The position numbers and the translations under genes are program-made. The notes under the pieces are model-generated. The model worked only from the letters and a program-made list of their open reading frames with translations. It ran no database searches and was not told the DNA's origin. Shown piece by piece: positions 38,784-47,697 of a stretch of 64,000 bases of DNA. Source of the DNA: a virus; the IMG/VR virus record IMGVR_UViG_3300032313_001465, positions 64,001 through 128,000 of that record. The stretch is one strand, 5' to 3'. Position 1 is the first letter of the stretch, and each line of letters starts with the position of its first letter.

Positions 38784-39995
38784 ATGGACGTATTTGATAA
38801 ATTTTTTAAAAGATATTCATATAAATTTCCAAAAGGATATCCTGACATGAAAAATGAGCAGGATGTTTTACTATTAGAGAATATACTTTATAATTTACTA
38901 GAAGAAAGAATTGTACTTAATGAGGCTTCTGCTAATAAATTTGCTAAAAATACATTATTATCTAAGAATCCTAAAGTATTTAGTGATACTGCTACTAATG
39001 ATAGAATAGCAAATAAAGCTAACATATCAAATGATGAATTTGTTAAGCTAATTAAAAATACTTTTAAAGTAAAAAACGTTAAAGTTACACCTCCTAAACA
39101 AAAACCAAACCCTTCAAGTAAGTTTTCACTTTTCTCATTTGATACAAGTGAAGGTCCTGCTAATATTATTTTAGCGCTTCCTGCTACAGCAAATAAAGGA
39201 GTTGATTTTGAAAAAGGATTAACAAAAAGTCTACAAGATTATGCGGGTTATCCATTAGATGAAATTGATAATGAAATAGTAAAAAAAATATATAAAGATC
39301 TAAAAATAAACCCCGAATTATTATCTCCTGAAGACATAATAAATGCAGGAGAAACTGATACTAAACGTCCTATTAGTTTTAATGGACCTCAATCTAGAGG
39401 AAAACAAATTGCTGATATTGTAATCACATATCAAAATAAACCATATTATTTATCCATTAAAGATCCTAAAGGCTCAGGAATATATAATGGTGGAACTTTA
39501 AAATCCATTAAATATAATAAGGATGAAACCAAAGTTATATTTGATGAAGGTGAATATAATTCTGATAAATTTAAAAAAGAAGTATTGGATGCATTTGGTG
39601 TTAATCCTAAAAGAATAGTAAAAGGCCTGAATGAATATTTAAACACTCAAGCTGGAATTAAATCAGGTAAACCTACCAATTTCGAAAGCACAAATGCTGA
39701 TTTAGATAAAATATCAAAGTTCTTAGGCTCAGCACTAGATTATGGATATTATTATATAAGAAAAATTAATGATAATGACGTAAAAATATACAATATAAAT
39801 TCAGCTAAAACAGCAAATCAATTAATGGGTACTCCAACAAGTGTTGAGGTAAAATATCCAGGTCCTACCACAAAAATAACAGCAGTAAAAGTAAACTTAT
39901 CAGATTCAATATTTGGATTGAAAAATGCTACTCTAAACATTAGAAATGATCATGGTGGAGTAACAACCCCCGCTTTTAAAGTAACTATTAATTAA
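38784..39995 (+). CDS. Putative restriction-endonuclease-fold nuclease
   Basis: NKGVDFE and IADIVI..YLSIKD resemble a PD-(D/E/S)xK core. Confidence 0.5.
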   Translation: MDVFDKFFKRYSYKFPKGYPDMKNEQDVLLLENILYNLLEERIVLNEASANKFAKNTLLSKNPKVFSDTATNDRIANKANISNDEFVKLIKNTFKVKNVKVTPPKQKPNPSSKFSLFSFDTSEGPANIILALPATANKGVDFEKGLTKSLQDYAGYPLDEIDNEIVKKIYKDLKINPELLSPEDIINAGETDTKRPISFNGPQSRGKQIADIVITYQNKPYYLSIKDPKGSGIYNGGTLKSIKYNKDETKVIFDEGEYNSDKFKKEVLDAFGVNPKRIVKGLNEYLNTQAGIKSGKPTNFESTNADLDKISKFLGSALDYGYYYIRKINDNDVKIYNINSAKTANQLMGTPTSVEVKYPGPTTKITAVKVNLSDSIFGLKNATLNIRNDHGGVTTPAFKVTIN

Positions 39996-40000
39996 ATAAG

Positions 40001-40813
40001 ATGAACAATAGACTCACTCGACTAATTAAAGAAGTATTATCATCCCCACCTAAAAAAGATTGTGGATGTGGTTGTCATGGAAAATGTACCAAATCCCCTA
40101 CATTAAACGAAAATTTAGGAGTTAAAGTAATTATGACTGAAAATATGAAGTATCATATTGATAACAAAAAACCACTAATCGAAAATACATTCCGCTATGG
40201 TTCAAAAGCATTTTTAGATTTATGGGCTGAAGCTAGATACTTATATTCACGTGATGCTATTGATTTAAGTGAATCTGATAAACAAATTATTTTAGAAACA
40301 CATTTAGGAGAACGTGGTTTATTTAATGGTGAATTAGTTCCATTAGATTTACCTATGGAAGAATTAGACGAAAATACAGATGATGTAGTGGCAGTATTGA
40401 ATAATCCTAACATAGCTGACGACGTAAAGTCAATGTTATTCAACGCATATAAAAACGGACAATTAACATCTACCCAAGTAATCAATATAATTAAAAAAAC
40501 CGTTAAAGAGCATTTAAACGAAGCAGAATTTAAAGGTAAAGAAGTACAATTAGGTAAACCTAAACGTGGCGGTTCTAAAAAATTCTTTGTATATGTAAAA
40601 GATCCTAAAACCAAGAAAGTTAAAAAAGTATCATTTGGAGATACAACTGGATTGTCAACTAAAATAAATAACCCCAAAGCAAGACAAGCTTTTGCCGCTC
40701 GTCATAAGTGTGGTACTGGGGAACCTAAAACAAGTGCTAAATATTGGTCATGTCGTTTACCTCGTTACAGCAAGCTTTTAGGATTAAAGAATTCATTTTC
40801 AGGATTTTGGTAG
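40001..40813 (+). CDS. Multi-module protein with a basic C-terminal domain
   Basis: LNE-separated modules; KKVSFGD..ARQAFAARHKC..YWSC. Confidence 0.65.
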   Translation: MNNRLTRLIKEVLSSPPKKDCGCGCHGKCTKSPTLNENLGVKVIMTENMKYHIDNKKPLIENTFRYGSKAFLDLWAEARYLYSRDAIDLSESDKQIILETHLGERGLFNGELVPLDLPMEELDENTDDVVAVLNNPNIADDVKSMLFNAYKNGQLTSTQVINIIKKTVKEHLNEAEFKGKEVQLGKPKRGGSKKFFVYVKDPKTKKVKKVSFGDTTGLSTKINNPKARQAFAARHKCGTGEPKTSAKYWSCRLPRYSKLLGLKNSFSGFW

Positions 40814-40870
40814 ACTCATATATTCCAGTAAACTGCCTTAATCCTGTCATATGTATGATAAATACATAAT

Positions 40871-41656
40871 ATGACAAAAATATATTATTTACATAGAGGA
40901 AACAACATTCCATTTTATATTGGGAAAACTATAAATGAAAAGGATAGAAAACACCAACATAAAAACAAGTTAGGGAAAGATGTAACTTTAGAAATTATAG
41001 ATGAAATTCCCACAAAGGAATGGAGATATTGGGAAGAATTTTATATTTCACTTTTTAAACATTGGGGATTTAAATTAGAAAATAAAAATAATGGTGGTTG
41101 TGGTAGTATAGGAGGTTATAAAAACCCCTTAACCTCAGAAGCCCATAAAGGGAGAATTAGCCCAAATAAAAATAAAGGGAAAAAAATAATCCAATATGAC
41201 TTAACAGGAAAATTTATTAATGAATGGGATAACATAAATGAGGCCATACTCACCTTAAATCTTACAATAACTAATGAAAGTATTCGTCAATGTTTAATTG
41301 GTAAAAGTAAAAAATCAGCTAATTTTATCTGGAGAAATTTAACCCAAGATTACCCAATCCATTTATCTAGTAACGAAGTAGAATATATATTAAAAAAAAC
41401 AAATGGTCCTAAAGGTCAAAAACTTAATACCGGAGAAAAAATCAGCCAATCTTTAAAAGGAAAACGAAAATCCCCTCAATTCATAAAAAATATAAGTAAA
41501 CCTGTAGCTCAATATGATAAACAAGGAAACTATCTTACACAATATAAAAGTATCACAGAAGCCGCTTTGGCTGTTAATGGATGGAACGAAAACATATGTC
41601 AGTGTTGTAAAGGAAACAAAAAATCATCAGCTGGATATTTTTGGCAATATTTATAA
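40871..41656 (+). CDS. GIY-YIG homing endonuclease with NUMOD repeats
   Basis: KIY..PFYIGKT, LENKNNGG, IIQYDLTG, ISQSLKG, AGYFWQY. Confidence 0.85.
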   Translation: MTKIYYLHRGNNIPFYIGKTINEKDRKHQHKNKLGKDVTLEIIDEIPTKEWRYWEEFYISLFKHWGFKLENKNNGGCGSIGGYKNPLTSEAHKGRISPNKNKGKKIIQYDLTGKFINEWDNINEAILTLNLTITNESIRQCLIGKSKKSANFIWRNLTQDYPIHLSSNEVEYILKKTNGPKGQKLNTGEKISQSLKGKRKSPQFIKNISKPVAQYDKQGNYLTQYKSITEAALAVNGWNENICQCCKGNKKSSAGYFWQYL

Positions 41657-41659
41657 TAA

Positions 41660-42076
41660 ATGATAAAACTTTTAGATCTTTTACGCGAAGAAAAGCTTGA
41701 TATCCTTAAACCTAGACGCTCTGAGGAAGAACGCCAAGCTAACTTTCTCATTGCAACCAATAAAAAAATTGAACAATACATAAAGGATGGAGGCAAAGGT
41801 GATCTTAATCTACAAAATACCCCAATTACTACATTACCAAATGATTTAACAGTTGGAGGTAATCTTTATTTAGATGGTAGTAAAATTACTACATTACCAA
41901 ATGGTCTAAAGGTTGGTGGTTATCTTGATTTAGATAATACTAAAATTTCCACATTACCAAATGATCTAAAAGTTGGTAGTGATCTTGATTTAAGAAATAC
42001 TCCAATAAGTGAAAAATATTCCGAAGAAGAAATTAAAAAAATGGTTCCCGGAGTAAAAGGCGATATTTATACATAA
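41660..42076 (+). CDS. Leucine-rich repeat protein B, paralogue of 31316
   Basis: Near-identical N- and C-caps; 3 full and 1 partial repeat. Confidence 0.85.
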   Translation: MIKLLDLLREEKLDILKPRRSEEERQANFLIATNKKIEQYIKDGGKGDLNLQNTPITTLPNDLTVGGNLYLDGSKITTLPNGLKVGGYLDLDNTKISTLPNDLKVGSDLDLRNTPISEKYSEEEIKKMVPGVKGDIYT

Positions 42077-42086
42077 ACATAAAATA

Positions 42087-42632
42087 ATGAACAAACTAAA
42101 CAACTTAAACGAAATTACATCAGCTAACCAAGCTGATATCAAAATCCCAAATACTCTATCCCCAGATGTAACTAAAATGTTAATCGAAAGAATAGGAGAT
42201 GAATATACTGCTCATTATTTTTATAGAAATGCATCTAACTGGTGTGATGATAAAGCATATAAAAAAGCAGCCGCATTTTTTAAAGCCGAAGCTGAAAGCG
42301 AATTAACACATGCCGAAAAATTACAAACATATTTAACAGGATGGAATATAATGCCTATCATTCCTCCAGTAAAAATGATCCCTTCATTCACTAATCTTAT
42401 TGATATAGTAAACAAAGCATATGAAATGGAATACAATTTATTCTTATCATACAATTCAAATTCATCATCTGTTTTTCCTACTGACTTAGCAACTTTTGAT
42501 TTTTTACAAGAATTAAGACAAATCCAAAACCAGGCAATAGCTGAATATTCTGATTTATTAAATGCAGCTCAATTAGTTAATGTGTCTAATAATTTTGAAT
42601 TATTATACTTCGAAGGAAAATATTTTAAATAA
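42087..42632 (+). CDS. Ferritin-like protein
   Basis: E..AHYFY, AAFF..EAESELTHAEKL, AYEMEY, Q..AIAE ferroxidase-type pattern. Confidence 0.8.
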   Translation: MNKLNNLNEITSANQADIKIPNTLSPDVTKMLIERIGDEYTAHYFYRNASNWCDDKAYKKAAAFFKAEAESELTHAEKLQTYLTGWNIMPIIPPVKMIPSFTNLIDIVNKAYEMEYNLFLSYNSNSSSVFPTDLATFDFLQELRQIQNQAIAEYSDLLNAAQLVNVSNNFELLYFEGKYFK

Positions 42633-43007
42633 GTGATTAAGCTTATAGACATATTCAATCAACTTCTTCAAGAAGAAAAAGAAAAACGTGATAGATGTTT
42701 ACGTATTGCTGATCGCAAATACGATAAACCATCTGCTTATAAATCAGGAGCCGTTGTAAGGTGTCGTAAAGGAGAGATTTGGAAAGACTTAAAAGAAGAA
42801 GAATCACTCCATAAATGGTTTAAACGTTCTGGTCCTAAAGGTAAAGAAGGTGGATGGGTAGATTGCAACGCACCTGATGGTAGTGGAGGATATAAAGCAT
42901 GTGGTAGAAAAAAAGGTGAAAAACGTTCTAAATACCCATCTTGTCGTCCTACACCTGCACAATGTAAATCACCTGGAAAAGGTAAAAAATGGGGAAAAAC
43001 AAAATGA
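42633..43007 (+). CDS. Basic Cys-rich protein with MIKL leader
   Basis: PSAYKSGAVVRCRK, LHKWF, WVDC, CGR, YPSCRP. Confidence 0.7.
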   Translation: MIKLIDIFNQLLQEEKEKRDRCLRIADRKYDKPSAYKSGAVVRCRKGEIWKDLKEEESLHKWFKRSGPKGKEGGWVDCNAPDGSGGYKACGRKKGEKRSKYPSCRPTPAQCKSPGKGKKWGKTK

Positions 43008-43702
43008 TCAAACTATCAGATATCTTAAAAGAAATTATTGAGGGAACTTGTGGATATAATACAGATGTTAAAACAGGTAAAAAATTAGATACACCTGGTG
43101 GATTAAAAGAAGTAGATCCTAAAAAAGGAACAGGTAAAAAACCTAAGGGATCAGGTCGTCGTTTATACACAGATGAAAATCCAAAAGATACTGTATCTAT
43201 TAAATTCAAAACTAAAGAAGATATAGTTGATACATTAAATAAAGATTCATTTAAAGCTAAATCCCACGCTCGCCAATCCCAAATTATTAATTTAATACAC
43301 CAACGCGTTAGAGCTGCATATGGTAAAGCAAAAGATCCTGAAGTAAAATCTAGATTAAAACGCGCTCTAGACTATATTGAATCTCGTAAAGAATCATCTA
43401 AAAAGAAAACAGAACGTTTAAATAAGCTAAAAGAAACATCAGACCCACAATCAGGTAAAGCAGCACCTTATGGTTCAGGATATGCTCCTGTTAAAGAATT
43501 AGTAACAGATACAGAAGTTATCTGTGATAACTGTGGATGGGAATGGGATATTGAAGATGGAGGGGAAGATTTATATATTTGTCATAAATGTGGTCATGAT
43601 AATACTCCAGAACAATTAAATGAAAAATGTTGGAAAGGATATACTCAAAAAGGTATGAAAACAATGTTTGGTAAAAAATATCCAAATTGTGTAAAAAAAT
43701 AA
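43004..43702 (+). CDS. Multi-module basic protein with Zn-ribbon
   Basis: Leader MIKLSDILKE (ATG 43004); CDNC..CHKC; terminal CWKGY..PNCVK. Confidence 0.7.
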   Translation: MIKLSDILKEIIEGTCGYNTDVKTGKKLDTPGGLKEVDPKKGTGKKPKGSGRRLYTDENPKDTVSIKFKTKEDIVDTLNKDSFKAKSHARQSQIINLIHQRVRAAYGKAKDPEVKSRLKRALDYIESRKESSKKKTERLNKLKETSDPQSGKAAPYGSGYAPVKELVTDTEVICDNCGWEWDIEDGGEDLYICHKCGHDNTPEQLNEKCWKGYTQKGMKTMFGKKYPNCVKK

Positions 43703-43720
43703 CATATTTATAATTAAACA

Positions 43721-44038
43721 ATGGTAAAACTACTTCAATTACTAACTGAAGCTAAAGAAAGCTTTGAACAATTTGCTACAAATCGTTTAGCAGGTGCTGA
43801 AAAAATTATAGCTAATGCCAAAGAAAAGGGTGGTGATGCTTTATTAACATACACCCACTTTAAAATAAAACCATCTTACTATAAAAAAGCTATAGATGGG
43901 AAATTTGATAAAGAATCCGCTAAAAAAGAATTTGAGCAAACATACAAAAAAATATCATTAGATATGACTCAAACTGAATTTCAAAGAGAGGTTGGTCGTT
44001 TAGAAGTATTAGGTGAACTATTAATAAGAGAAAAATAA
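43721..44038 (+). CDS. Hypothetical protein with MVKLLQLLTE leader
   Basis: Shared leader; late-promoter motif upstream. Confidence 0.7.
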   Translation: MVKLLQLLTEAKESFEQFATNRLAGAEKIIANAKEKGGDALLTYTHFKIKPSYYKKAIDGKFDKESAKKEFEQTYKKISLDMTQTEFQREVGRLEVLGELLIREK

Positions 44039-44039
44039 T

Positions 44040-44459
44040 ATGATTAAATTAACAGATATATTAAACGAAGCAGAGATAAATAAATGTCCGTCTCCAACTC
44101 AAAGTATTGAGTTAAACCTTCAAAATAGACAGAAGGCAATTAATGAATATGGATATGGTCCCTTAAATCCTAATGAACCTAATGAAAAGTTTTGGCAAGC
44201 TAAAGCAGATATGTGGAAACTTGATTCTGTAAAAGAGGCTAAAACATCACGTTGTGGTAATTGTGCGGCATTTGATGTTACAGAAAAAACACTAAATTGT
44301 ATAGCTAAAGGAATAGGAAACGATGAAGGATCAGAAGATCCATTTGACGTAATTAAAGCAGGACAATTAGGATATTGTAGGTTTTTAAAATTCAAATGTG
44401 CTGCTGCTCGAACTTGCGATGCTTGGGTTGTTGGTGGTCCAATTAAAGATCCAATGTAA
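44040..44459 (+). CDS. Cys-rich protein (HiPIP-like Cys spacing?) with MIKLTDILNE leader
   Basis: CGNCAAF..GYC..KC..TCDAW. Confidence 0.6.
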   Translation: MIKLTDILNEAEINKCPSPTQSIELNLQNRQKAINEYGYGPLNPNEPNEKFWQAKADMWKLDSVKEAKTSRCGNCAAFDVTEKTLNCIAKGIGNDEGSEDPFDVIKAGQLGYCRFLKFKCAAARTCDAWVVGGPIKDPM

Positions 44460-44722
44460 TGAAACCATATACTGACGTTTTAACAACGGAAAATACAATT
44501 ATTAGGGAGTTTGGTGATAACATAGACCCCGTTGAATTAAAATGGCATATGGACTCTTCTTCCCGCCACGTTACCATTTTAGAGGGTAAAGGATGGAAAT
44601 ATCAAGAAGATAATAAATTACCTTTGGAACTTAACGAAGGGGATTGTATATTTATACCAAAACAAACATTTCACCGTATTTATAAAGGAACAACCCCATT
44701 AAAAATAAAAATTAAACAATGA
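44459..44722 (+). CDS. Cupin-domain protein
   Basis: WHMD, EGDCIFIPKQTFHRI. Confidence 0.75.
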   Translation: MKPYTDVLTTENTIIREFGDNIDPVELKWHMDSSSRHVTILEGKGWKYQEDNKLPLELNEGDCIFIPKQTFHRIYKGTTPLKIKIKQ

Positions 44723-45009
44723 AAAAACCAGAATTAAAGCAAATTATTAAAGAAGAAATACAAAAGATATTAAGTGAACAGCAAAAACGTATGCAAAAGC
44801 TTGCAGGTATTAACGAAGATAACACATTTAGTGACAATTACACAGTTAGTAATGAACAATATAAATTGATGGATAGTTATGTAAATCAACGTGCACTCCG
44901 TGATTTTCTAAATGCCGCTGAAAACATGATGGAAGATTTTCATGAAGCAGGATTTCCGGCAAGAGATGCATTTTATTGGTTTTATACTAAGCTAACTGCA
45001 AATATTTAG
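44719..45009 (+). CDS. Hypothetical protein with double leader (MKKPELKQIIKEEI + RMQKLAGI)
   Basis: Both motifs visible in the translation. Confidence 0.7.
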   Translation: MKKPELKQIIKEEIQKILSEQQKRMQKLAGINEDNTFSDNYTVSNEQYKLMDSYVNQRALRDFLNAAENMMEDFHEAGFPARDAFYWFYTKLTANI

Positions 45010-45044
45010 GTAGATTATATAACAGATAAAATAAGAAATGCATA

Positions 45045-45326
45045 ATGGCAAAATTAAACAAACAATTCCGACGTATGCAAAAGCTTGCAGGAATTCTTAA
45101 CGAAAACGAGGAAATAGATAATTTTATTGATGTATTAACAGATATGGCTATTAAAGCTAACATCATTAAAGACAAAGATATAAATAAAGACGAAGTAATA
45201 GATGCATTATATGATACATGGGAAGATATGGGATTTGATGATTATGAAGAAACAGGACAGGGGATTAGTACATCAGATTATAATAGATCTTTAGAAATAT
45301 TTACCAATTATATTAAAGATAAATAA
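45045..45326 (+). CDS. Acidic hypothetical protein with RMQKLAGILNE leader
   Basis: DNA ACGTATGCAAAAGCTTGCAGG shared with the previous gene. Confidence 0.7.
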   Translation: MAKLNKQFRRMQKLAGILNENEEIDNFIDVLTDMAIKANIIKDKDINKDEVIDALYDTWEDMGFDDYEETGQGISTSDYNRSLEIFTNYIKDK

Positions 45327-45337
45327 TAAAACATTTA

Positions 45338-45420
45338 AACCGATTTCATAGCCGGTTGCTCTAACAAGAGATAAAAATATGGAAGCTGTGGCTCCGATCG
45401 AAAGATTGGCGCCACTTTTA
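45338..45420 (+). ncRNA. Candidate structured RNA (pseudoknot + terminator hairpin)
   Basis: AACCG/CGGTT stem; its loop TTTCATA pairs with TATGGAA; inserted CTCT/AGAG hairpin; GAAA-capped terminal hairpin + TTTT. Confidence 0.5.
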
Positions 45421-45450
45421 CTTGGAAATTTAAACAAAATTTATTACATT
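45421..45450 (+). promoter_or_regulatory. Host sigma-A-type promoter
   Basis: CTTGG at 45421, TACATT at +24. Confidence 0.6.
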
Positions 45451-45476
45451 AAAATATAAGTTAAAATAAAGAAATA

Positions 45477-46820
45477 ATGAAAAGAGACAAAATTGTAATT
45501 GTAGGTGGAGGAGTTGCAGGTATTAGTGCTGCTACTAAACTTGTAGATAATGGTTATCCTGGAGAACTTATCACAATAATTGATATGGGTAAGGATCCAT
45601 ATAAAAGATTACCTGAAGAAGTAATGACAGGTTTCCTAGGTGCTGGAGGTTGGAGTGATGGTAAATTGACTTACCACACAGCAATTGGAGGTCAATTATC
45701 AAAATATACAGGCGAGGATAAAGCAATGGAATTAATGGATCAAGTGATTACCAATTTTAAACGTTTTCATCCTAAACCTGAAGAAGTACAATGTTCAAAT
45801 CCTGTTGAGGAACCTGAATTTATAAAACCATATTTTGGTTTACGATTGTTCCCTGTATGGCACGTTGGCACAGATTATCTATCTGAAATTGCTAAAAATT
45901 GGTACGATTATTTAGTAGAGAAAGGTGTACAATTTCACTGGGAAACTAAGGTAAATTATATTGATTTTAATGATAATTATGTTGTTGGAGAAGTTCAAGA
46001 AAAAAATATAGATTGGCATTATGATGAACTTATTTTTGCTGTAGGTAAATCAGGTATTGATTTTGCTCAAGAATTAGCTAATCAATATCAACTACCAGAC
46101 GAACCTAAATCAGTACAAATTGGTGTTCGATTTGAAGCACCACAACACCATTTCCAAAAACTAATCGATATTTCATATGATTTTAAACTTTATAGAAAAT
46201 TTGAAGATAAAGGCGTTTCGCTTCGCTCTTTTTGTACAAACAACAATGCTGCTTATGTTGCTGTAGAAGAAACATATGGAGACCATTCATATAATGGACA
46301 TGCTAAGAAAGACGAAGCATATAGAAACAATATGACTAACTTTGGTATTTTGATGGAAATTAAAGGTATTGAAGACCCATTTACTTGGTCACGTGAGGTA
46401 GTAAATAAATTACAATCAAACAACACAGGTTTATATTACAGCCCGTCTCGTACTCCTTCAATTACATCTGAAGGCAATAATGTAAGCGTAACTCAAATTA
46501 GTACTGAGGAATATTATGAGATGAAGAAAAATTTTGGAAAATATTTCAAATATGTTGAAGATTTTATAGTAGATATGAAAAAAGTATTCCCAACATTAGG
46601 TGATGATTGGGGTATTTATATTCCTGAGGTAAAATATTTATCACCTGAAGTAAAAGTAGATTACTCTAGTTTATCTCTAATAGATTACCCAAATGTACAC
46701 TTTGTTGGAGATGCTTTATCAGCTCGTGGTATAACAGTAGCAGGTTCTCAAGGTGTTTACGTAGCAGAACATATCCTTCAAAATACAGATTTCCCTGATT
46801 TTATAGAAAATTTTAATTAA
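45477..46820 (+). CDS. FAD-dependent oxidoreductase (COG2509-like)
   Basis: VGGGVAG, GAGGWSDGKL, IGVRFE, RSFC, FVGD..ARGI. Confidence 0.85.
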   Translation: MKRDKIVIVGGGVAGISAATKLVDNGYPGELITIIDMGKDPYKRLPEEVMTGFLGAGGWSDGKLTYHTAIGGQLSKYTGEDKAMELMDQVITNFKRFHPKPEEVQCSNPVEEPEFIKPYFGLRLFPVWHVGTDYLSEIAKNWYDYLVEKGVQFHWETKVNYIDFNDNYVVGEVQEKNIDWHYDELIFAVGKSGIDFAQELANQYQLPDEPKSVQIGVRFEAPQHHFQKLIDISYDFKLYRKFEDKGVSLRSFCTNNNAAYVAVEETYGDHSYNGHAKKDEAYRNNMTNFGILMEIKGIEDPFTWSREVVNKLQSNNTGLYYSPSRTPSITSEGNNVSVTQISTEEYYEMKKNFGKYFKYVEDFIVDMKKVFPTLGDDWGIYIPEVKYLSPEVKVDYSSLSLIDYPNVHFVGDALSARGITVAGSQGVYVAEHILQNTDFPDFIENFN

Positions 46821-46825
46821 AATAT

Positions 46826-47101
46826 ATGTCTAAAAAAGAAAAATACTTCGAAACCAAAACCATGAAGATAGGAGGAGCACTCCATCATTTCTTTAGAACT
46901 GAGGAATCACCAAATTGGAAATACCATAATTTCTCAGGTCCTGCTATTGAACCTGTAGAAAGTGGAAGTACATTTAAGAAATCATATTACTTATATGGTA
47001 TTCAATATACATCTGAACAATTTAAAGAAGCAGTTAGAGATAGAGAAGGTCTTCCATTCCACAAAACGGCAGCATTTAAACAAGGATCTAACAGAACTTA
47101 G
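46826..47101 (+). CDS. Hypothetical protein
   Basis: HNFSGPAIE..YYLYG. Confidence 0.65.
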   Translation: MSKKEKYFETKTMKIGGALHHFFRTEESPNWKYHNFSGPAIEPVESGSTFKKSYYLYGIQYTSEQFKEAVRDREGLPFHKTAAFKQGSNRT

Positions 47102-47130
47102 TTGGGAGTATAAATAAAATTTATTATCTT
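47101..47130 (+). promoter_or_regulatory. Host sigma-A-type promoter
   Basis: GTTGG at 47101, TATCTT at +24. Confidence 0.55.
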
Positions 47131-47145
47131 ATAAAAAAATAAGTT

Positions 47146-47676
47146 ATGAAAATAGGATTTGTAGGAAGCATCAGTGTTGGGAAAACCACTTTAGTAAATG
47201 AATTAGCTAAATTAGAGCAATTTAAAGAATATTATATAGCAACTGAACGTTCTAAATATTTGAGAGATTTAGGCATTCCATTAAATACAGACTCTACTTT
47301 ATTAGGTCAAACTATATTCTTATCAGAACGTTGTTCTGAATTATTAAGGGATAAGGTATTAACAGATAGAAGTATAATTGATGTAATGGCATTTACTTCT
47401 TTATCTAAATCAATGTCAAGAATAGAAATATTATCATTTTGTGATTATGCATCAAATTTTATATCTTTATACGATCATATATTTTATGTGTCTCCGGAAG
47501 GTGTAAAGTTAGAGGACAATGGAGTGAGAGCGGTTGATGCAGAATATAGAGATCAAATTGATGAAGAAATTAAATATTTATTAGGAATTTACAAATCTAA
47601 AATTAAAAACTTTCACGTAATATCAGGTACTGTTGAAGAACGTATAAAACAAGTTAAACAAGCACTTTCTTTATAA
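47146..47676 (+). CDS. AAA_28 (NadR/Ttd14-like) P-loop kinase
   Basis: GSISVGKTTL, TDRSIID, EDNGVR, SGTVEERI. Confidence 0.8.
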   Translation: MKIGFVGSISVGKTTLVNELAKLEQFKEYYIATERSKYLRDLGIPLNTDSTLLGQTIFLSERCSELLRDKVLTDRSIIDVMAFTSLSKSMSRIEILSFCDYASNFISLYDHIFYVSPEGVKLEDNGVRAVDAEYRDQIDEEIKYLLGIYKSKIKNFHVISGTVEERIKQVKQALSL

Positions 47677-47697
47677 TATTTATCATAAAAACATATA

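Noticed and set aside
10849-41656. Group I introns around the GIY-YIG genes; inteins in terminase or primase
   Set aside because: Flanking genes look complete, intergenic gaps are too short for a ribozyme core, and terminase and primase have normal lengths.
31316-42076. Diversity-generating retroelement acting on the LRR or fibre repeats
   Set aside because: No reverse transcriptase in the window, LRR differences are not confined to adenines, and the fibre repeats are identical.
45338-45420. Assignment to twister, pistol, HDV ribozyme or SAM-II riboswitch
   Set aside because: Short sequence echoes exist (GCCGGT, GATTT, ATAAAA) but the required stems could not be built; kept only as an unassigned candidate.
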